Virus record (IMG/VR): IMGVR_UViG_3300017735_000002
Strand: one strand, 5' to 3'
From: a virus
DNA: 64,000 bases
The position numbers and the translations under genes were made by a program. Shown one piece after another: positions 9,982-19,634 of the stretch. The first letter of the stretch is position 1. Every line of letters begins with the position of its first letter. Under the pieces are notes generated by a model. The model saw only the letters and a list, made by a program, of their open reading frames with translations, did no database searches and was not told the origin of the DNA.

Positions 9982-11214
9982 ATGAGTAAGTGGACATACG
10001 ACCCAACAGAGTCGATAAATCTGGGAGATAAAAATTTCCACCTGACACCTGACAGGAAAGAATTCATTCAGGCATTAAAGGAGAAATATCCGAATCAATT
10101 GCAATTCTCGAAAGAGCAGTTCAATTCATTGGGCCATTTTCCATACTGGTTGAAATCAAACAGGTACAATTTTAAAGATGGTGCTGTTTTCAATCTAACA
10201 CCAATCCTTGCGATTGATAATAACGGTACGACTGTTGCAGTTTCTAAACCAGAACCTTTAACAGTTCCAAAAGTTGCACCTCAAGTTCAACAAATGCCAG
10301 TTGCCGCTGCTACTGCTTCGGTCAACATGATTGATGATAATGTAAAAATCATTCCAGAAAAAATGCCAAACTATGTACCGTTTGGTCATGCTAAAGATGT
10401 CAAGAACATAATCAAATCTAAAATGTTCTTCCCTTTCTTTGTGACTGGTCTTTCAGGTAATGGTAAAACATTAATGATTGAACAAACTTGTGCTCAATTG
10501 AATAGAGAACTCTTCAGAGTCAATATCACTATTGAGACAGACGAAGACGACCTAATGGGTGGTCACACTTTGCAGAATGGTAACATCATCTTCAGAGAAG
10601 GTCCAGTTATCAAGGCAATGAGAAAAGGCGCTGTATTACTTCTTGACGAAGTAGACTTAGGGTCTAACAAAATGATGTGTCTACAATCAGTTCTTGAGGG
10701 CAAAGGTTACCTTATCAAGAAAACTGGTGAGTGGGTCACACCGACACCAGGGTTTACTGTTGTCGCTACTGCCAACACCAAGGGCCAAGGGTCTGAAGAT
10801 GGCAAGTTCATTGGTACTCAAATCATGAATGAGGCGATGCTTGAAAGATTCGCTATCACTATGCAACAAGAATATCCACCAGTGACTACTGAGAGAAATA
10901 TTCTGAAACAAGAAATGGCTTTGACTGGCGATGTCGATGAAGACTTCGTTAAGAAACTAGTTGATTGGGCTGACATAATCAGAAAAACTTATTATGAAGG
11001 CGCCATTGATGATGTGATTACAACAAGAAGACTTGTTCACATTGTCAGTGCTTACAAGATGTTTGGTGACAAACTCAAGGCGATTACAATGTGTATTTCA
11101 AGATTCGATGAAGAAACTAGAAATGCTGTTCTAGACCTCTACACCAAAGTTGACGATGGTGTTCATTTAGAAAACCCTGTTGACGATTCAGAGTCTTCAG
11201 AGTATAATGATTAA
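9982..11214 (+). CDS. cobS: CobS-like MoxR/AAA+ ATPase
   Basis: GLSGNGKT, LLLDEVD, ATANTKG, AMLERF, ITTRRLV. Confidence 0.88.
   Translation: MSKWTYDPTESINLGDKNFHLTPDRKEFIQALKEKYPNQLQFSKEQFNSLGHFPYWLKSNRYNFKDGAVFNLTPILAIDNNGTTVAVSKPEPLTVPKVAPQVQQMPVAAATASVNMIDDNVKIIPEKMPNYVPFGHAKDVKNIIKSKMFFPFFVTGLSGNGKTLMIEQTCAQLNRELFRVNITIETDEDDLMGGHTLQNGNIIFREGPVIKAMRKGAVLLLDEVDLGSNKMMCLQSVLEGKGYLIKKTGEWVTPTPGFTVVATANTKGQGSEDGKFIGTQIMNEAMLERFAITMQQEYPPVTTERNILKQEMALTGDVDEDFVKKLVDWADIIRKTYYEGAIDDVITTRRLVHIVSAYKMFGDKLKAITMCISRFDEETRNAVLDLYTKVDDGVHLENPVDDSESSEYND
11180..11208 (+). promoter_or_regulatory. sigma70-type promoter
   Basis: TTGACG-17bp-TATAAT, ATG at 11216. Confidence 0.6.
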
Positions 11215-11215
11215 T

Positions 11216-11551
11216 ATGGGTTTATTTACTAAGTCAACTAACACCAAAAGTGGTATTGACTACAAATACAATGAGGGAGAACTTCTAAAGGAGTTCTCTT
11301 CTTATGTAGACTCAACATATGACCAACACTACAGTCTGAACAAATATCAGGCAACTGAATTCATTATGGATGCAGGACACGGTGAAGGTTTCTGTATTGG
11401 GAATATTTTAAAGTATGCCCAACGATACGGCAAAAAAGGTGGGAAAAATCGTGCCGACCTTTTAAAGGTAATTCATTATGGATTCCTTGCATTGAACAAT
11501 CACGATAAATTAATGCTTGAAGAAGCAGGCTATAAAGGAGACAAGAAATGA
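11216..11551 (+). CDS. DUF3310-like protein (T7 gp1.7/SaV-type)
   Basis: HY...GFCIGNILKYAQRYGKK...DLLKVIHY motif; start moved to ATG 11216. Confidence 0.7.
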   Translation: MGLFTKSTNTKSGIDYKYNEGELLKEFSSYVDSTYDQHYSLNKYQATEFIMDAGHGEGFCIGNILKYAQRYGKKGGKNRADLLKVIHYGFLALNNHDKLMLEEAGYKGDKK

Positions 11552-12213
11552 AAATTTCAAGTGAAACAAAGGCGATATTAAAAAACTTCGCTACTATTAA
11601 TTCAGGTATCAAAGTTGATTCAGGTAATCAACTTAAGACGATATCTAACATGAAGAATATACTGGCAGTCGCAACGATACCAGAAACATTCGACAAGTCA
11701 TTTAGTATCTACAATCTAGTAGAATTTCTAGGTGCAACAAGTCTAATGGAGAATCCAGACTTCAACTTCAACGAAGCTTCGTTGGCGATTGCAGATGCTG
11801 ATACATCTCTAACATATTTCTATGCCTCAGAGGGTATGGTCACTTCACCAGAGAAGATGATTACCATGCCAGATGCAGAGATTAGTATTGACTTAACTTC
11901 TACACTTCTAACTGAATTGCAAAAGGCAGCTTCAGTATTAGGTGTAAATGATTTAGTTCTTACATCCGATGGTACTAAAATCGAGATGCAAGTGACTGAT
12001 AAAAAGAACACAACTTCAAATACATTCAGTAGAACTGTAGGCGAAGGCAATGGTGCAACATTCACAATGAACTTCAAGATTGAGAACTTGAAAGTTTTAG
12101 ATGGCAACTATACAGTTGCAGTATCTTCTAAAGGCATCTCACACTTTAAGAATAAAGATGTAGATTTAGAGTACTTTATTGCTTTAGAACCAGATAGTTC
12201 TTACAGCGCTTAA
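11548..12213 (+). CDS. gp45: sliding clamp gp45
   Basis: ILKNFATINSGI, FSIYNLVEFL, YFIALE; precedes gp44. Confidence 0.93.
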   Translation: MKISSETKAILKNFATINSGIKVDSGNQLKTISNMKNILAVATIPETFDKSFSIYNLVEFLGATSLMENPDFNFNEASLAIADADTSLTYFYASEGMVTSPEKMITMPDAEISIDLTSTLLTELQKAASVLGVNDLVLTSDGTKIEMQVTDKKNTTSNTFSRTVGEGNGATFTMNFKIENLKVLDGNYTVAVSSKGISHFKNKDVDLEYFIALEPDSSYSA

Positions 12214-12228
12214 CATATATATTATGTG

Positions 12229-12318
12229 TGAAACAGCGCCAGTCTCCGCTACTTTCATGGGAGAATTAGAATCTCATCATCAATGGTCTAATACACGAAC
12301 ACTCGGAGGGGTTTGTTC
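12229..12318 (+). promoter_or_regulatory. structured gp44 leader (three hairpins)
   Basis: Inverted repeats TGAAA..AGCG/CGCT..TTTCA, ATTAGA/TCTAAT, GAACA/TGTTC; the last encloses GGAGG. Confidence 0.4.
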
Positions 12319-12327
12319 TCTTTAATT

Positions 12328-13272
12328 ATGAATACAAATGAATTTTTATATGTAGAAAAGTATCGTCCCACTATCATTGACGATACTATACTACCAAAAG
12401 GCGTTAAGAAAACATTCAAAGAGTTTGTTTCTAATAACGAAATACCAAATCTGATGCTCTGTGGTTCACAGGGAACAGGCAAAACAACCGTCGCTAAGGC
12501 ACTCTGTAATGAGTTAGGCGCTGATTTCATTGTTATCAATGGCAGTGACGAAGGCCGACTTATCGACACTTTGCGAACTAAAATCAAAAACTTTGCATCT
12601 ACTGTATCTCTTGCCGGTGGTCCTAAAGTTGTCATTCTTGATGAGGCAGATTATATATCTGCTGATTCAGTTCAACCGGCATTGAGAAACTTCATAGAAG
12701 AGTTCTCAAGTAATTGTAGATTTATCTTTACATGTAATTACAAGAATAGAATCATTGCACCTCTACATAGTAGATGTACTGTAATCGATTTTTCTATACC
12801 TAAGAGTGAGAAACAAAAACTCGCAATGGGTGGTCTTGATAGATTAAAATCTATATGTGACAATGAGGGTATCAAGTATGATGAAAAGGTATTAGTAGAA
12901 CTTATACTAAAGTTCTTTCCAGATTTCAGACGATGCATCAATGAAGTACAACGATATGGTGCAAGTGGTGTAATCGATAGTGGTCTACTAGCGACATTAT
13001 CAGAAGAAAAACTTACACCTCTCATTGATATGATTGAAAAGAAAAACTGGACTGCCATGAGAAAATGGGTTGCTCAGAATTCTGATAATGATTTCAATGG
13101 TTTATATCGTAAAGTTTTCGATGCACTTGAACAAAGATTAGAACCAAGTTCTATACCTGCAGCTGTTTTGTTCATTGCTGATTATCAATACAAGGCTGCA
13201 TTTGCAATGGACTCAGAAATCAACTTCACTGCATGTCTCACCGAGATTATGTCAGAGTGTAGATTTAAGTGA
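12328..13272 (+). CDS. gp44: clamp loader large subunit gp44
   Basis: VEKYRP, GSQGTGKTT, VVILDEAD, SRC-equivalent LHSRC; start moved to ATG 12328. Confidence 0.95.
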   Translation: MNTNEFLYVEKYRPTIIDDTILPKGVKKTFKEFVSNNEIPNLMLCGSQGTGKTTVAKALCNELGADFIVINGSDEGRLIDTLRTKIKNFASTVSLAGGPKVVILDEADYISADSVQPALRNFIEEFSSNCRFIFTCNYKNRIIAPLHSRCTVIDFSIPKSEKQKLAMGGLDRLKSICDNEGIKYDEKVLVELILKFFPDFRRCINEVQRYGASGVIDSGLLATLSEEKLTPLIDMIEKKNWTAMRKWVAQNSDNDFNGLYRKVFDALEQRLEPSSIPAAVLFIADYQYKAAFAMDSEINFTACLTEIMSECRFK

Positions 13273-13364
13273 TTGAAATACTTATATGGAGTCTAATAGT
13301 AATTACATGGTTGTCAGTAGGACTTCATGTGATAAAAGAATACATACGATTTAACGGAGAATGA
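13269..13364 (+). CDS. very small membrane protein (31 aa)
   Basis: GTGA overlap; MIEILIWSLIVITWLSVGLHVIKEYIRFNGE*. Confidence 0.5.
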   Translation: MIEILIWSLIVITWLSVGLHVIKEYIRFNGE

Positions 13365-13365
13365 A

Positions 13366-13782
13366 ATGAGTAAGATTCAACCAATGATGAAAAAACCAAG
13401 TTTATTCAGAAGAACTGCATTTGCCCTTGTGAATGGGTGGCGAAGAGTTATGGATGTAAGATACAATCCTTTAAAGTATATACCTGACCCAAGTTTACAA
13501 ACTTACTTTATGTTAGTGTTGTTTACTGTATGGTCAGTGTTTTTTGGTTTCTTGGCGGCAAACTATCTAGGTTTCTTTAACTACAATACAGTAGCAAGTA
13601 TTGTTATACATTGTGCAATTCTATTACCTTTGGCATTTACCAATGCAATCTTTATTGATGCAGAGAGAGATGGTTCTAATTGGTTAAAAGAATGGCAAGA
13701 AGAGAGAAGTAGATATAAGTTAGTTGTAAATAGACTTAAAACTAAAAACCTAACAATCTGGAATCCAAACGAAGAAGCATAA
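13366..13782 (+). CDS. membrane protein, two TM helices
   Basis: GGAG RBS; hydrophobic segments YFMLVLFTVWSVFFGFLAA and IVIHCAILLPLAF. Confidence 0.75.
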   Translation: MSKIQPMMKKPSLFRRTAFALVNGWRRVMDVRYNPLKYIPDPSLQTYFMLVLFTVWSVFFGFLAANYLGFFNYNTVASIVIHCAILLPLAFTNAIFIDAERDGSNWLKEWQEERSRYKLVVNRLKTKNLTIWNPNEEA

Positions 13783-13895
13783 TGGGTAAATTAAGACAAT
13801 GGTTAGCAAGATGGTTTGATTACCACTTAGAGAAAAGTTTACAAAGACAAGCCGATAAAATATGGCGGGAGAGTAGAGACAATGACAGAACATAA
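13782..13895 (+). CDS. small hypothetical protein (37 aa)
   Basis: TAATG overlap; MGKLRQWLARWFDYHLEKSLQRQADKIWRESRDNDRT*. Confidence 0.5.
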   Translation: MGKLRQWLARWFDYHLEKSLQRQADKIWRESRDNDRT

Positions 13896-14142
13896 CGAGA
13901 GAGTAGAACGACAAAGACTGTTATTAGAAGCAGAGAAATGGTCAAGTGGTGTTAAATCTATTCATGCACATTCTTTTACTTCAATGTGGTACGACAACAG
14001 AAACAATGATGGTTCAGTGATGGACATTGAATATAACAACGGTGTTGTGCAAAGAACAATAAAGTCAAGTGGTGAGATTATTTACTTTGGTGAAGCTCTC
14101 ACTGGTCAAGCACTAGTTGACTCTTACATAAGAAACACTTAA
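13882..14142 (+). CDS. hypothetical protein
   Basis: 86-aa ORF in operon, abuts gp62. Confidence 0.7.
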   Translation: MTEHNERVERQRLLLEAEKWSSGVKSIHAHSFTSMWYDNRNNDGSVMDIEYNNGVVQRTIKSSGEIIYFGEALTGQALVDSYIRNT

Positions 14143-14535
14143 GTGGCAAAACGAAATCCATTCGACTTCGTTAAGTCGGTCTCTTACGACAAAAAAGATA
14201 TCATGGTTGATGATATCGAAGAGAAAGCATATCAACCTTTCCTAATCAATAAGGCATTATCTTACCACCAAGATGCAGTCTTTCTAGTAAACGAGATGAA
14301 CACCAGACATTCGACTGAGGGTCGTCTTCAATACTTGTTTTTCATAAATACTCTTAGAAAAAGGCAGAGATTTTCGAAATGGCATAAACCTTACGAGAGT
14401 AAGAAATTAGATACAGTGAAGAACGCCTTTGGTGTATCCTCACAACGAGCCAAAGAATATCTAGAACTTTTAAATGATAAACAGTATCGTGACTTGAAAG
14501 ACAGTATGAAAATTGGTGGAAAGAATAATGGATGA
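14143..14535 (+). CDS. gp62: clamp loader small subunit gp62
   Basis: NPFDFVKSV, YQPFLINKALS, LRKRQRFSKW; precedes regA. Confidence 0.9.
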   Translation: MAKRNPFDFVKSVSYDKKDIMVDDIEEKAYQPFLINKALSYHQDAVFLVNEMNTRHSTEGRLQYLFFINTLRKRQRFSKWHKPYESKKLDTVKNAFGVSSQRAKEYLELLNDKQYRDLKDSMKIGGKNNG

Positions 14536-14938
14536 CAATTTAGAATCAGTAAAAGATTTAGTAGAAATAACATTTCCTGAAAAGGACGACTTCTTAAAGA
14601 TAAGAGAAACCCTATCTAGAATTGGCGTAGCGTCAAGAAAAGAAAAAGAACTTTTTCAGTCATGTCACATACTACACAAAAGGGGCAAGTATTACATTGT
14701 CCACTTCAAAGAGTTATTCAAACTCGATGGTAAACAATCAAACTTTGACGAATCAGATGTTGCAAGGCGCAACACCATAATCGATTTATTGAGACAATGG
14801 AGTCTTGTCAAGGTACTTGACCCAAAGAGAATTGAAGAACCTAGAGCACCACTTTCTCAGATTAAGGTTATACCTTACAAAGAGAAACAACAGTGGAAAC
14901 TCACACAAAAGTACTCAATAGGCACTAACATATCATAA
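14528..14938 (+). CDS. regA: translational repressor RegA
   Basis: DDFLKIRETLSRIGVAS, QSCHILHKRGKYYIVHFKELF; start moved to 14528. Confidence 0.95.
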   Translation: MDDNLESVKDLVEITFPEKDDFLKIRETLSRIGVASRKEKELFQSCHILHKRGKYYIVHFKELFKLDGKQSNFDESDVARRNTIIDLLRQWSLVKVLDPKRIEEPRAPLSQIKVIPYKEKQQWKLTQKYSIGTNIS

Positions 14939-14977
14939 ATACCTCTGTTATAAATCAATTAATAACAGGAGTATTAT

Positions 14978-15151
14978 ATGTTGGAATTTCTTCAATGGAT
15001 AATTGCTTGGGTACAAGTGTTACCCTGGTTAGTAATGGGTGCATCATTAATTGCAGCTCTTACACCTACACCAGTTGATGATGGCATAGTCAAGAAAGCT
15101 TACAAAGTACTTGATTGGGTCGCATTAAATGTTGGTAAAGCAAAGGACTAA
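14978..15151 (+). CDS. small membrane protein, holin-like (57 aa)
   Basis: AGGAG RBS; MLEFLQWIIAWVQVLPWLVMGASLIAALTPTPVDD...; CATAAATA late promoter at 14934-14941. Confidence 0.65.
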   Translation: MLEFLQWIIAWVQVLPWLVMGASLIAALTPTPVDDGIVKKAYKVLDWVALNVGKAKD

Positions 15152-15170
15152 AAAGTTCTATAAAACCCCC

Positions 15171-15199
15171 TAGACAAATACACGAAACTTCGATATACT
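15171..15199 (+). promoter_or_regulatory. sigma70-type promoter
   Basis: TAGACA-17bp-TATACT. Confidence 0.55.
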
Positions 15200-15228
15200 G
15201 GAGTCTCATAATTTGATAGGAGTATATT

Positions 15229-15558
15229 ATGGAATACGCAATTGCAATTGTAGTGTTATTTGTTATTGTTTACGCTTATTTCAATAGAGATAACGAAACA
15301 ACTACAACAACGGTGGCTCCACCTCCGGTTAGAAAACCAAGAGTAGTGAAACCAAAAGTTGTTGCAGATAAAAACAATAACGGTATTACATCTAAGGCTG
15401 AACTTAAGACATTAACTAAAGTTCAACTATTAGAACTTGCTGATAAAAAATCACTGAAAGTAAAAAGAAGTGGTTCGAAAGCAGCTGTAATTACCGAAAT
15501 ACACTCGCAACTGAAAAATAATAATGATTCTGATGGTGATGATACCGAAGAAGAATAA
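15229..15558 (+). CDS. N-terminally anchored protein with Rho-N/SAP-like helical C-domain
   Basis: TM helix, T/P/K linker, LKTLTKVQLLELADKKSL...SKAAVITEI pattern. Confidence 0.65.
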   Translation: MEYAIAIVVLFVIVYAYFNRDNETTTTTVAPPPVRKPRVVKPKVVADKNNNGITSKAELKTLTKVQLLELADKKSLKVKRSGSKAAVITEIHSQLKNNNDSDGDDTEEE

Positions 15559-15583
15559 TTATTAGTCCTACCAGGACACGAAA

Positions 15584-15609
15584 GGGACTCGTTAGAGTCC
15601 CTTTTTTTT
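15584..15609 (+). terminator. Rho-independent terminator
   Basis: GGGACTC-GTTA-GAGTCCC then T8. Confidence 0.9.
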
Positions 15610-15632
15610 AGCCCTTAGGAAAAGACAATTTG

Positions 15633-15640
15633 TATAAATA
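15633..15640 (+). promoter_or_regulatory. late promoter TATAAATA driving the curli module
   Basis: Exact T4 late consensus right after terminator, 5 nt before ATG 15646. Confidence 0.75.
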
Positions 15641-15645
15641 ACAGT

Positions 15646-15942
15646 ATGGAAGAGATTTTTAATCTAATAGGTGAAGTGGGTGCTCCGATTGCTGGTTCAG
15701 TAGTAATGGGGTTCTTTATATTCATAGTTATTAAACAGATACTTGAGGGTGTAGTTGATTCTATTTCCACACTTACAATGTTCTGTAAATCTTTAGAAAA
15801 TCGAGCAAGAACAATGTCTAACGAAATGATTAAGATAGATTTACTTGTATCAAGTGCTTTAGAGTTGAGACCAGACATAGAGAGAATTGCGAGAGCTGAA
15901 AACTTCATAGAAGATGATAAGCTCGATGTCAGGAGAGACTGA
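15646..15942 (+). CDS. small membrane protein (TM + amphipathic/coiled tail)
   Basis: EVGAPIAGSVVMGFFIFIVI; similar layout to next ORF. Confidence 0.75.
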   Translation: MEEIFNLIGEVGAPIAGSVVMGFFIFIVIKQILEGVVDSISTLTMFCKSLENRARTMSNEMIKIDLLVSSALELRPDIERIARAENFIEDDKLDVRRD

Positions 15943-16199
15943 TGGACATTGCACAATTAATCTCCGATTTCGGATTTCCCATTGTGATGGCAGTAGGACT
16001 CGGTTATTTCATATATTACATTTGGTGGTTTGTAGGTGAAAAACTAGAACCCGAAATTGAAAAAATGCACTTTCAATTAATTAAAGTAATAGACCAAACA
16101 AGAATGTTAGACCAAGACTTAATAAGACTACAACAAAAAGTAGATGTAGTTTTAGAGATGAAAGAGAATGCCAAAAAGGAAGAGGTGAAAAAGAAATGA
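15942..16199 (+). CDS. small membrane protein, probable paralog of upstream ORF
   Basis: DFGFPIVMAVGLGYFIYYIW then coiled tail. Confidence 0.75.
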   Translation: MDIAQLISDFGFPIVMAVGLGYFIYYIWWFVGEKLEPEIEKMHFQLIKVIDQTRMLDQDLIRLQQKVDVVLEMKENAKKEEVKKK

Positions 16200-16684
16200 A
16201 ATTATTACAAATCATATTCTTAGTTTCAGTATTCTGTATTAGCGAAAGCGTACAGGCTGATATAAAACATAAATTTAAAAACCCTAGTTTCAGTGGAATA
16301 GGCACAGCATCACATTACCTAACCGTTGAGAACCAAGAGTTTACAAGAAAAAAAGAAATAGAAGATGCACTTGAATCTGCTAGAAAGGCAGCTGAAAGGG
16401 CAGAAGACAATACAACCATGGCCAAATTTATTCGTAATTTAGAATCACGAATTTATGCTCAAATGGCAAAACAATTGGTTGAGTCTATGTTTTCGAATGA
16501 CGGTTCAGTTAGATTTGGTTCATTTAGTTTAGAGGGCAATGTTGTCACATATGAAGTAATGACTAACGAAGATGGTTCAGAATTTATACGAATGACAATT
16601 GTTGATTCCGATGGAACAGAAACAGTTATTGAGATACCAATCGGAACAGGAAACTTTGGACAAGACTCAGATGGAACTGGTTAA
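16196..16684 (+). CDS. csgF: curli assembly protein CsgF-like
   Basis: Signal peptide ..VQA, then HKFKNPSFSG; LESRIYAQMAKQL helix; precedes csgG. Confidence 0.85.
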   Translation: MKLLQIIFLVSVFCISESVQADIKHKFKNPSFSGIGTASHYLTVENQEFTRKKEIEDALESARKAAERAEDNTTMAKFIRNLESRIYAQMAKQLVESMFSNDGSVRFGSFSLEGNVVTYEVMTNEDGSEFIRMTIVDSDGTETVIEIPIGTGNFGQDSDGTG

Positions 16685-17636
16685 ATATTTACTCACCTGC
16701 GTACTTTTACTATCTGGATGTGCATCTGTTCCAAAGTGGTCAGACAACCCAGCAGATTGTGCCTATGAGACAGGAAGATTTGATGAGGGTTTCGGCAGAG
16801 ATGTTGTCACAGGTGTCGCAAAGGCATGGTCTAGAAATTACATATGTGTAGAAAATGCTACTGTAATTAATCTACCTTCACATTTAGAACTACTGAATTT
16901 GCCTAAGGCAAAAGAAAGACCTACTGTTGCAGTTTATAATTTTATAGATAAGACTGGTCAAAGAAAGGCAGAAGATAATCTCGCATCATTTTCTACTGCT
17001 GTGACACAAGGTGCAACCGAAATGGTTATTGATGCACTTAAAACGGCAGGTAAAGGAACATGGTTTAGAGTTGTTGAAAGACATGGCATAGACAACTTAG
17101 TAAGAGAGAGACAAATCATTCGTTCTGCTAGACAAGACTTTGCTAAACAACAAGGCGAAGACAAGTTTCAAAATTTACAACCCTTACTATTCGCAGGTAT
17201 GATAATAGAGGGTGGTATAATAGGTTATGATTCCAATTTATTAACTGGTGGTCGAGGCGCAAGGACACTAGGAATTGGAGTTAGTAGACAGTATCGTCAA
17301 GATGCTGTCACGGTTAGTATGAGAGCTGTTTCAGTTCTAACAGGTGAAGTATTATTGAATGTCCAAACAAGAAAGACTATCCTTTCTTATGGTTCAGGCG
17401 GCGATGTATTCCGATTCATTGAAGAAGGTACACAATTGCTAGAGTTCGAGGACGGAGTGGGTAATAATGAGTCAGTGACATATGCGGTACGAACAGCTAT
17501 TGAGGCTGCCGTACTGGAATTAATCTACCAAGGGCATGATAGGGGTTTTTGGAAAATAGAGGAAGGTCATAGACACCCACACAATAGTGATGGTGTAAAT
17601 GATTTACACTCAATAAAAGGAGAAGAAAATGAATAA
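16671..17636 (+). CDS. csgG: curli secretion channel CsgG
   Basis: Lipobox LSGC; VAVYNFIDKTGQRK, FRVVERHGIDNLVRERQIIRS, EGGIIGYDSN, LRAV-type MRAVSVLTGEVL; start moved to 16671. Confidence 0.93.
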   Translation: MELVKYLLTCVLLLSGCASVPKWSDNPADCAYETGRFDEGFGRDVVTGVAKAWSRNYICVENATVINLPSHLELLNLPKAKERPTVAVYNFIDKTGQRKAEDNLASFSTAVTQGATEMVIDALKTAGKGTWFRVVERHGIDNLVRERQIIRSARQDFAKQQGEDKFQNLQPLLFAGMIIEGGIIGYDSNLLTGGRGARTLGIGVSRQYRQDAVTVSMRAVSVLTGEVLLNVQTRKTILSYGSGGDVFRFIEEGTQLLEFEDGVGNNESVTYAVRTAIEAAVLELIYQGHDRGFWKIEEGHRHPHNSDGVNDLHSIKGEENE

Positions 17637-18363
17637 AATTTTAAGTATTTTATTACTAATGTCGACACCATTCGTTTTCGCAGCTGCAACTGATGATAAT
17701 GAGATTATGATAACACAAGTTGGTGATACTCTAAAATTATATGTTGACCAAGTTGGTTTTGGTAACAAAGTAGGACTAAACGACTTTTCAAGTGGTTCTG
17801 GTTCAAACATGACCATTACTGGTGTGACTTTGGATTTCAACATAGATATGATAGGTAACAAGAACTTGTTATTCGGACCTCTCGTTGCCGATACATCGAA
17901 CTACGCTATATCGATGACTGGTGATTCTAACGCTATTGACTGGAACATAGGTTCTACAGGTAGTTCAGATGATTCAGACATCAATTTCGCAATGACAGGC
18001 GATTCGAATACATTCGATATCGACCAAGGTGCTGTTGCAAGTGCAGAGAGATTAAATGCGGATTTAGTTCTCATTGGAAGTAGTAATGTTTTTGATATTG
18101 ATTGGGAATCAGATGATGTCACATGGAATTTCGATGTGACTGGTTCTAGTTCTAATTTCAATACATTGCAAAAAGATGGTTCACAAACACTTAATTTTGA
18201 TTTTACAGGAGACAGTGCTGATGTTGATATCACTCAGATATCAGGCACATGTGCAGCTTCTGGCGGAGGGTGTGCAACACCTAATGCAAATGTCAATCTT
18301 AATGTAAACAGTGACAATGCGATTATTCAGATTACACAAAAAGATTCCGGCAGCGATAGTTAG
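17629..18363 (+). CDS. curlin-like secreted beta-solenoid protein 1
   Basis: Signal peptide; repeated x-x-G-x-x-N turns (MIGNKN, MTGDSN x2, LIGSSN); ITQVGD/DQVG; C-terminal Cys pair. Confidence 0.75.
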   Translation: MNKILSILLLMSTPFVFAAATDDNEIMITQVGDTLKLYVDQVGFGNKVGLNDFSSGSGSNMTITGVTLDFNIDMIGNKNLLFGPLVADTSNYAISMTGDSNAIDWNIGSTGSSDDSDINFAMTGDSNTFDIDQGAVASAERLNADLVLIGSSNVFDIDWESDDVTWNFDVTGSSSNFNTLQKDGSQTLNFDFTGDSADVDITQISGTCAASGGGCATPNANVNLNVNSDNAIIQITQKDSGSDS

Positions 18364-19468
18364 TTTCTTTTTATTATTCGCTGGTGGGTTCAGCTGGGCT
18401 GAGCCCATTGGCGGTGTAATTGAATCTACAGGTGTCACATCTGTAAAAAGAGAGCAGGACAGAATTCTAACAGATGTCGGTACAGACATCAACATGTATG
18501 ATGAAGCAGAGACTGCCAATGGGCGTATGCTCATACAATTTTTAGATAATGAAAAATTGAGTTTAACAGAAAACTCACTCGTTTACATAGACGAGGCATA
18601 TTACGACCCCGACCCAAGTTTATCCAAAATGTCAATACGAATGGCACGAGGCACAGCACGATTCGCCTCGGGTGGTGGTTCAAGAATTAAAAAACAAAAT
18701 GTAGATGTATCTACTCCTACAGCCAATATCACAATGAGAGGGACAGATTTTACAACCACCATTGATGAGTTGGGAAGGACTATGGTAATCTTACTTCCGG
18801 ATGAAGATACAGGTGAATCATCTGGAGAAATACTAGTTTATAATGACGGTGGTGAAGTTGTTTTAAATCAACCATATCAGGCAACTACTGTTGCATCGTT
18901 TGATTCATCACCAACTACAGCAGTCACGGTTCAAGGTATTACACCGAGTCTGATTGACAACATGTTCATCGTAAATCCGCCTTCGGAAATACGAAATGCG
19001 ATGGAAGAATCCTATCAAGATGAAAACTATGATGACCAAGGTCTATTAGATGTAGACTTCTTAGAGTTCAATGAACTTGAGGGAGATGCTTTGGCCGATA
19101 CGACTGAAGATTTATCATTTTCAGAGTTGGACATAGATTATTTGGATGTGGATTTTTTACAAGACTTATTAGATGTTATAGAAGAATTAGAGAGAACCAC
19201 GGTATCGTTAGGTTCCAAAAGTAGTTCGGGTACTGAATTAGCTGGGTTTGCACTTAAAGGTGCCTCACAAGGTTTCAACAAAGATTCTCAGTTTAATGTT
19301 TTCGAACAAGACGGAGACTTAGTTTTCTTTCGTGATGTCCAAGGAGTCATAAATATAATTATAACAAGTGGTGGTTCAGGTATTATAGATGCCGAAGTTC
19401 CAGGATACTCAGGTGTCATGACATTTGGAGATGGAGATGGAATTACAATTGTTATACGACAAGATTAA
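18317..19468 (+). CDS. FecR-domain secreted/periplasmic protein
   Basis: Signal peptide ..FSWA; TANGRMLIQFLD, STPTANITMRGTDF FecR pattern; acidic linker; start moved to ATG 18317. Confidence 0.8.
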   Translation: MRLFRLHKKIPAAIVSFFLLFAGGFSWAEPIGGVIESTGVTSVKREQDRILTDVGTDINMYDEAETANGRMLIQFLDNEKLSLTENSLVYIDEAYYDPDPSLSKMSIRMARGTARFASGGGSRIKKQNVDVSTPTANITMRGTDFTTTIDELGRTMVILLPDEDTGESSGEILVYNDGGEVVLNQPYQATTVASFDSSPTTAVTVQGITPSLIDNMFIVNPPSEIRNAMEESYQDENYDDQGLLDVDFLEFNELEGDALADTTEDLSFSELDIDYLDVDFLQDLLDVIEELERTTVSLGSKSSSGTELAGFALKGASQGFNKDSQFNVFEQDGDLVFFRDVQGVINIIITSGGSGIIDAEVPGYSGVMTFGDGDGITIVIRQD

Positions 19469-19478
19469 GGAGAGATTT

Positions 19479-19634
19479 ATGAGCATAAATATTGACTTTA
19501 CTAAACTAAGACAATGGCATGAAAACCTAACATGGGAAGTTGCCGACTATTTTGGTTTAGATGAATATGAAATGTTATGGGTGTCATACACCGAGGGATT
19601 AATTTTAGGATTATTATTATGGTGGATTTTTTAA
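19479..19634 (+). CDS. small membrane protein (51 aa)
   Basis: AGGAG RBS; C-terminal GLILGLLLWWIF. Confidence 0.65.
   Translation: MSINIDFTKLRQWHENLTWEVADYFGLDEYEMLWVSYTEGLILGLLLWWIF

Noticed and set aside
9982-11214. Cobalamin biosynthesis auxiliary gene
   Set aside because: No CobN or other cob genes; MoxR/VWA chaperone role is the better reading
16599-16670. Upstream starts given by the ORF track for csgG and others (11180, 12313, 14513, 40629, 44036, 51003, 60142)
   Set aside because: Downstream ATGs fit RBS, promoter position, signal peptides or family N-termini better
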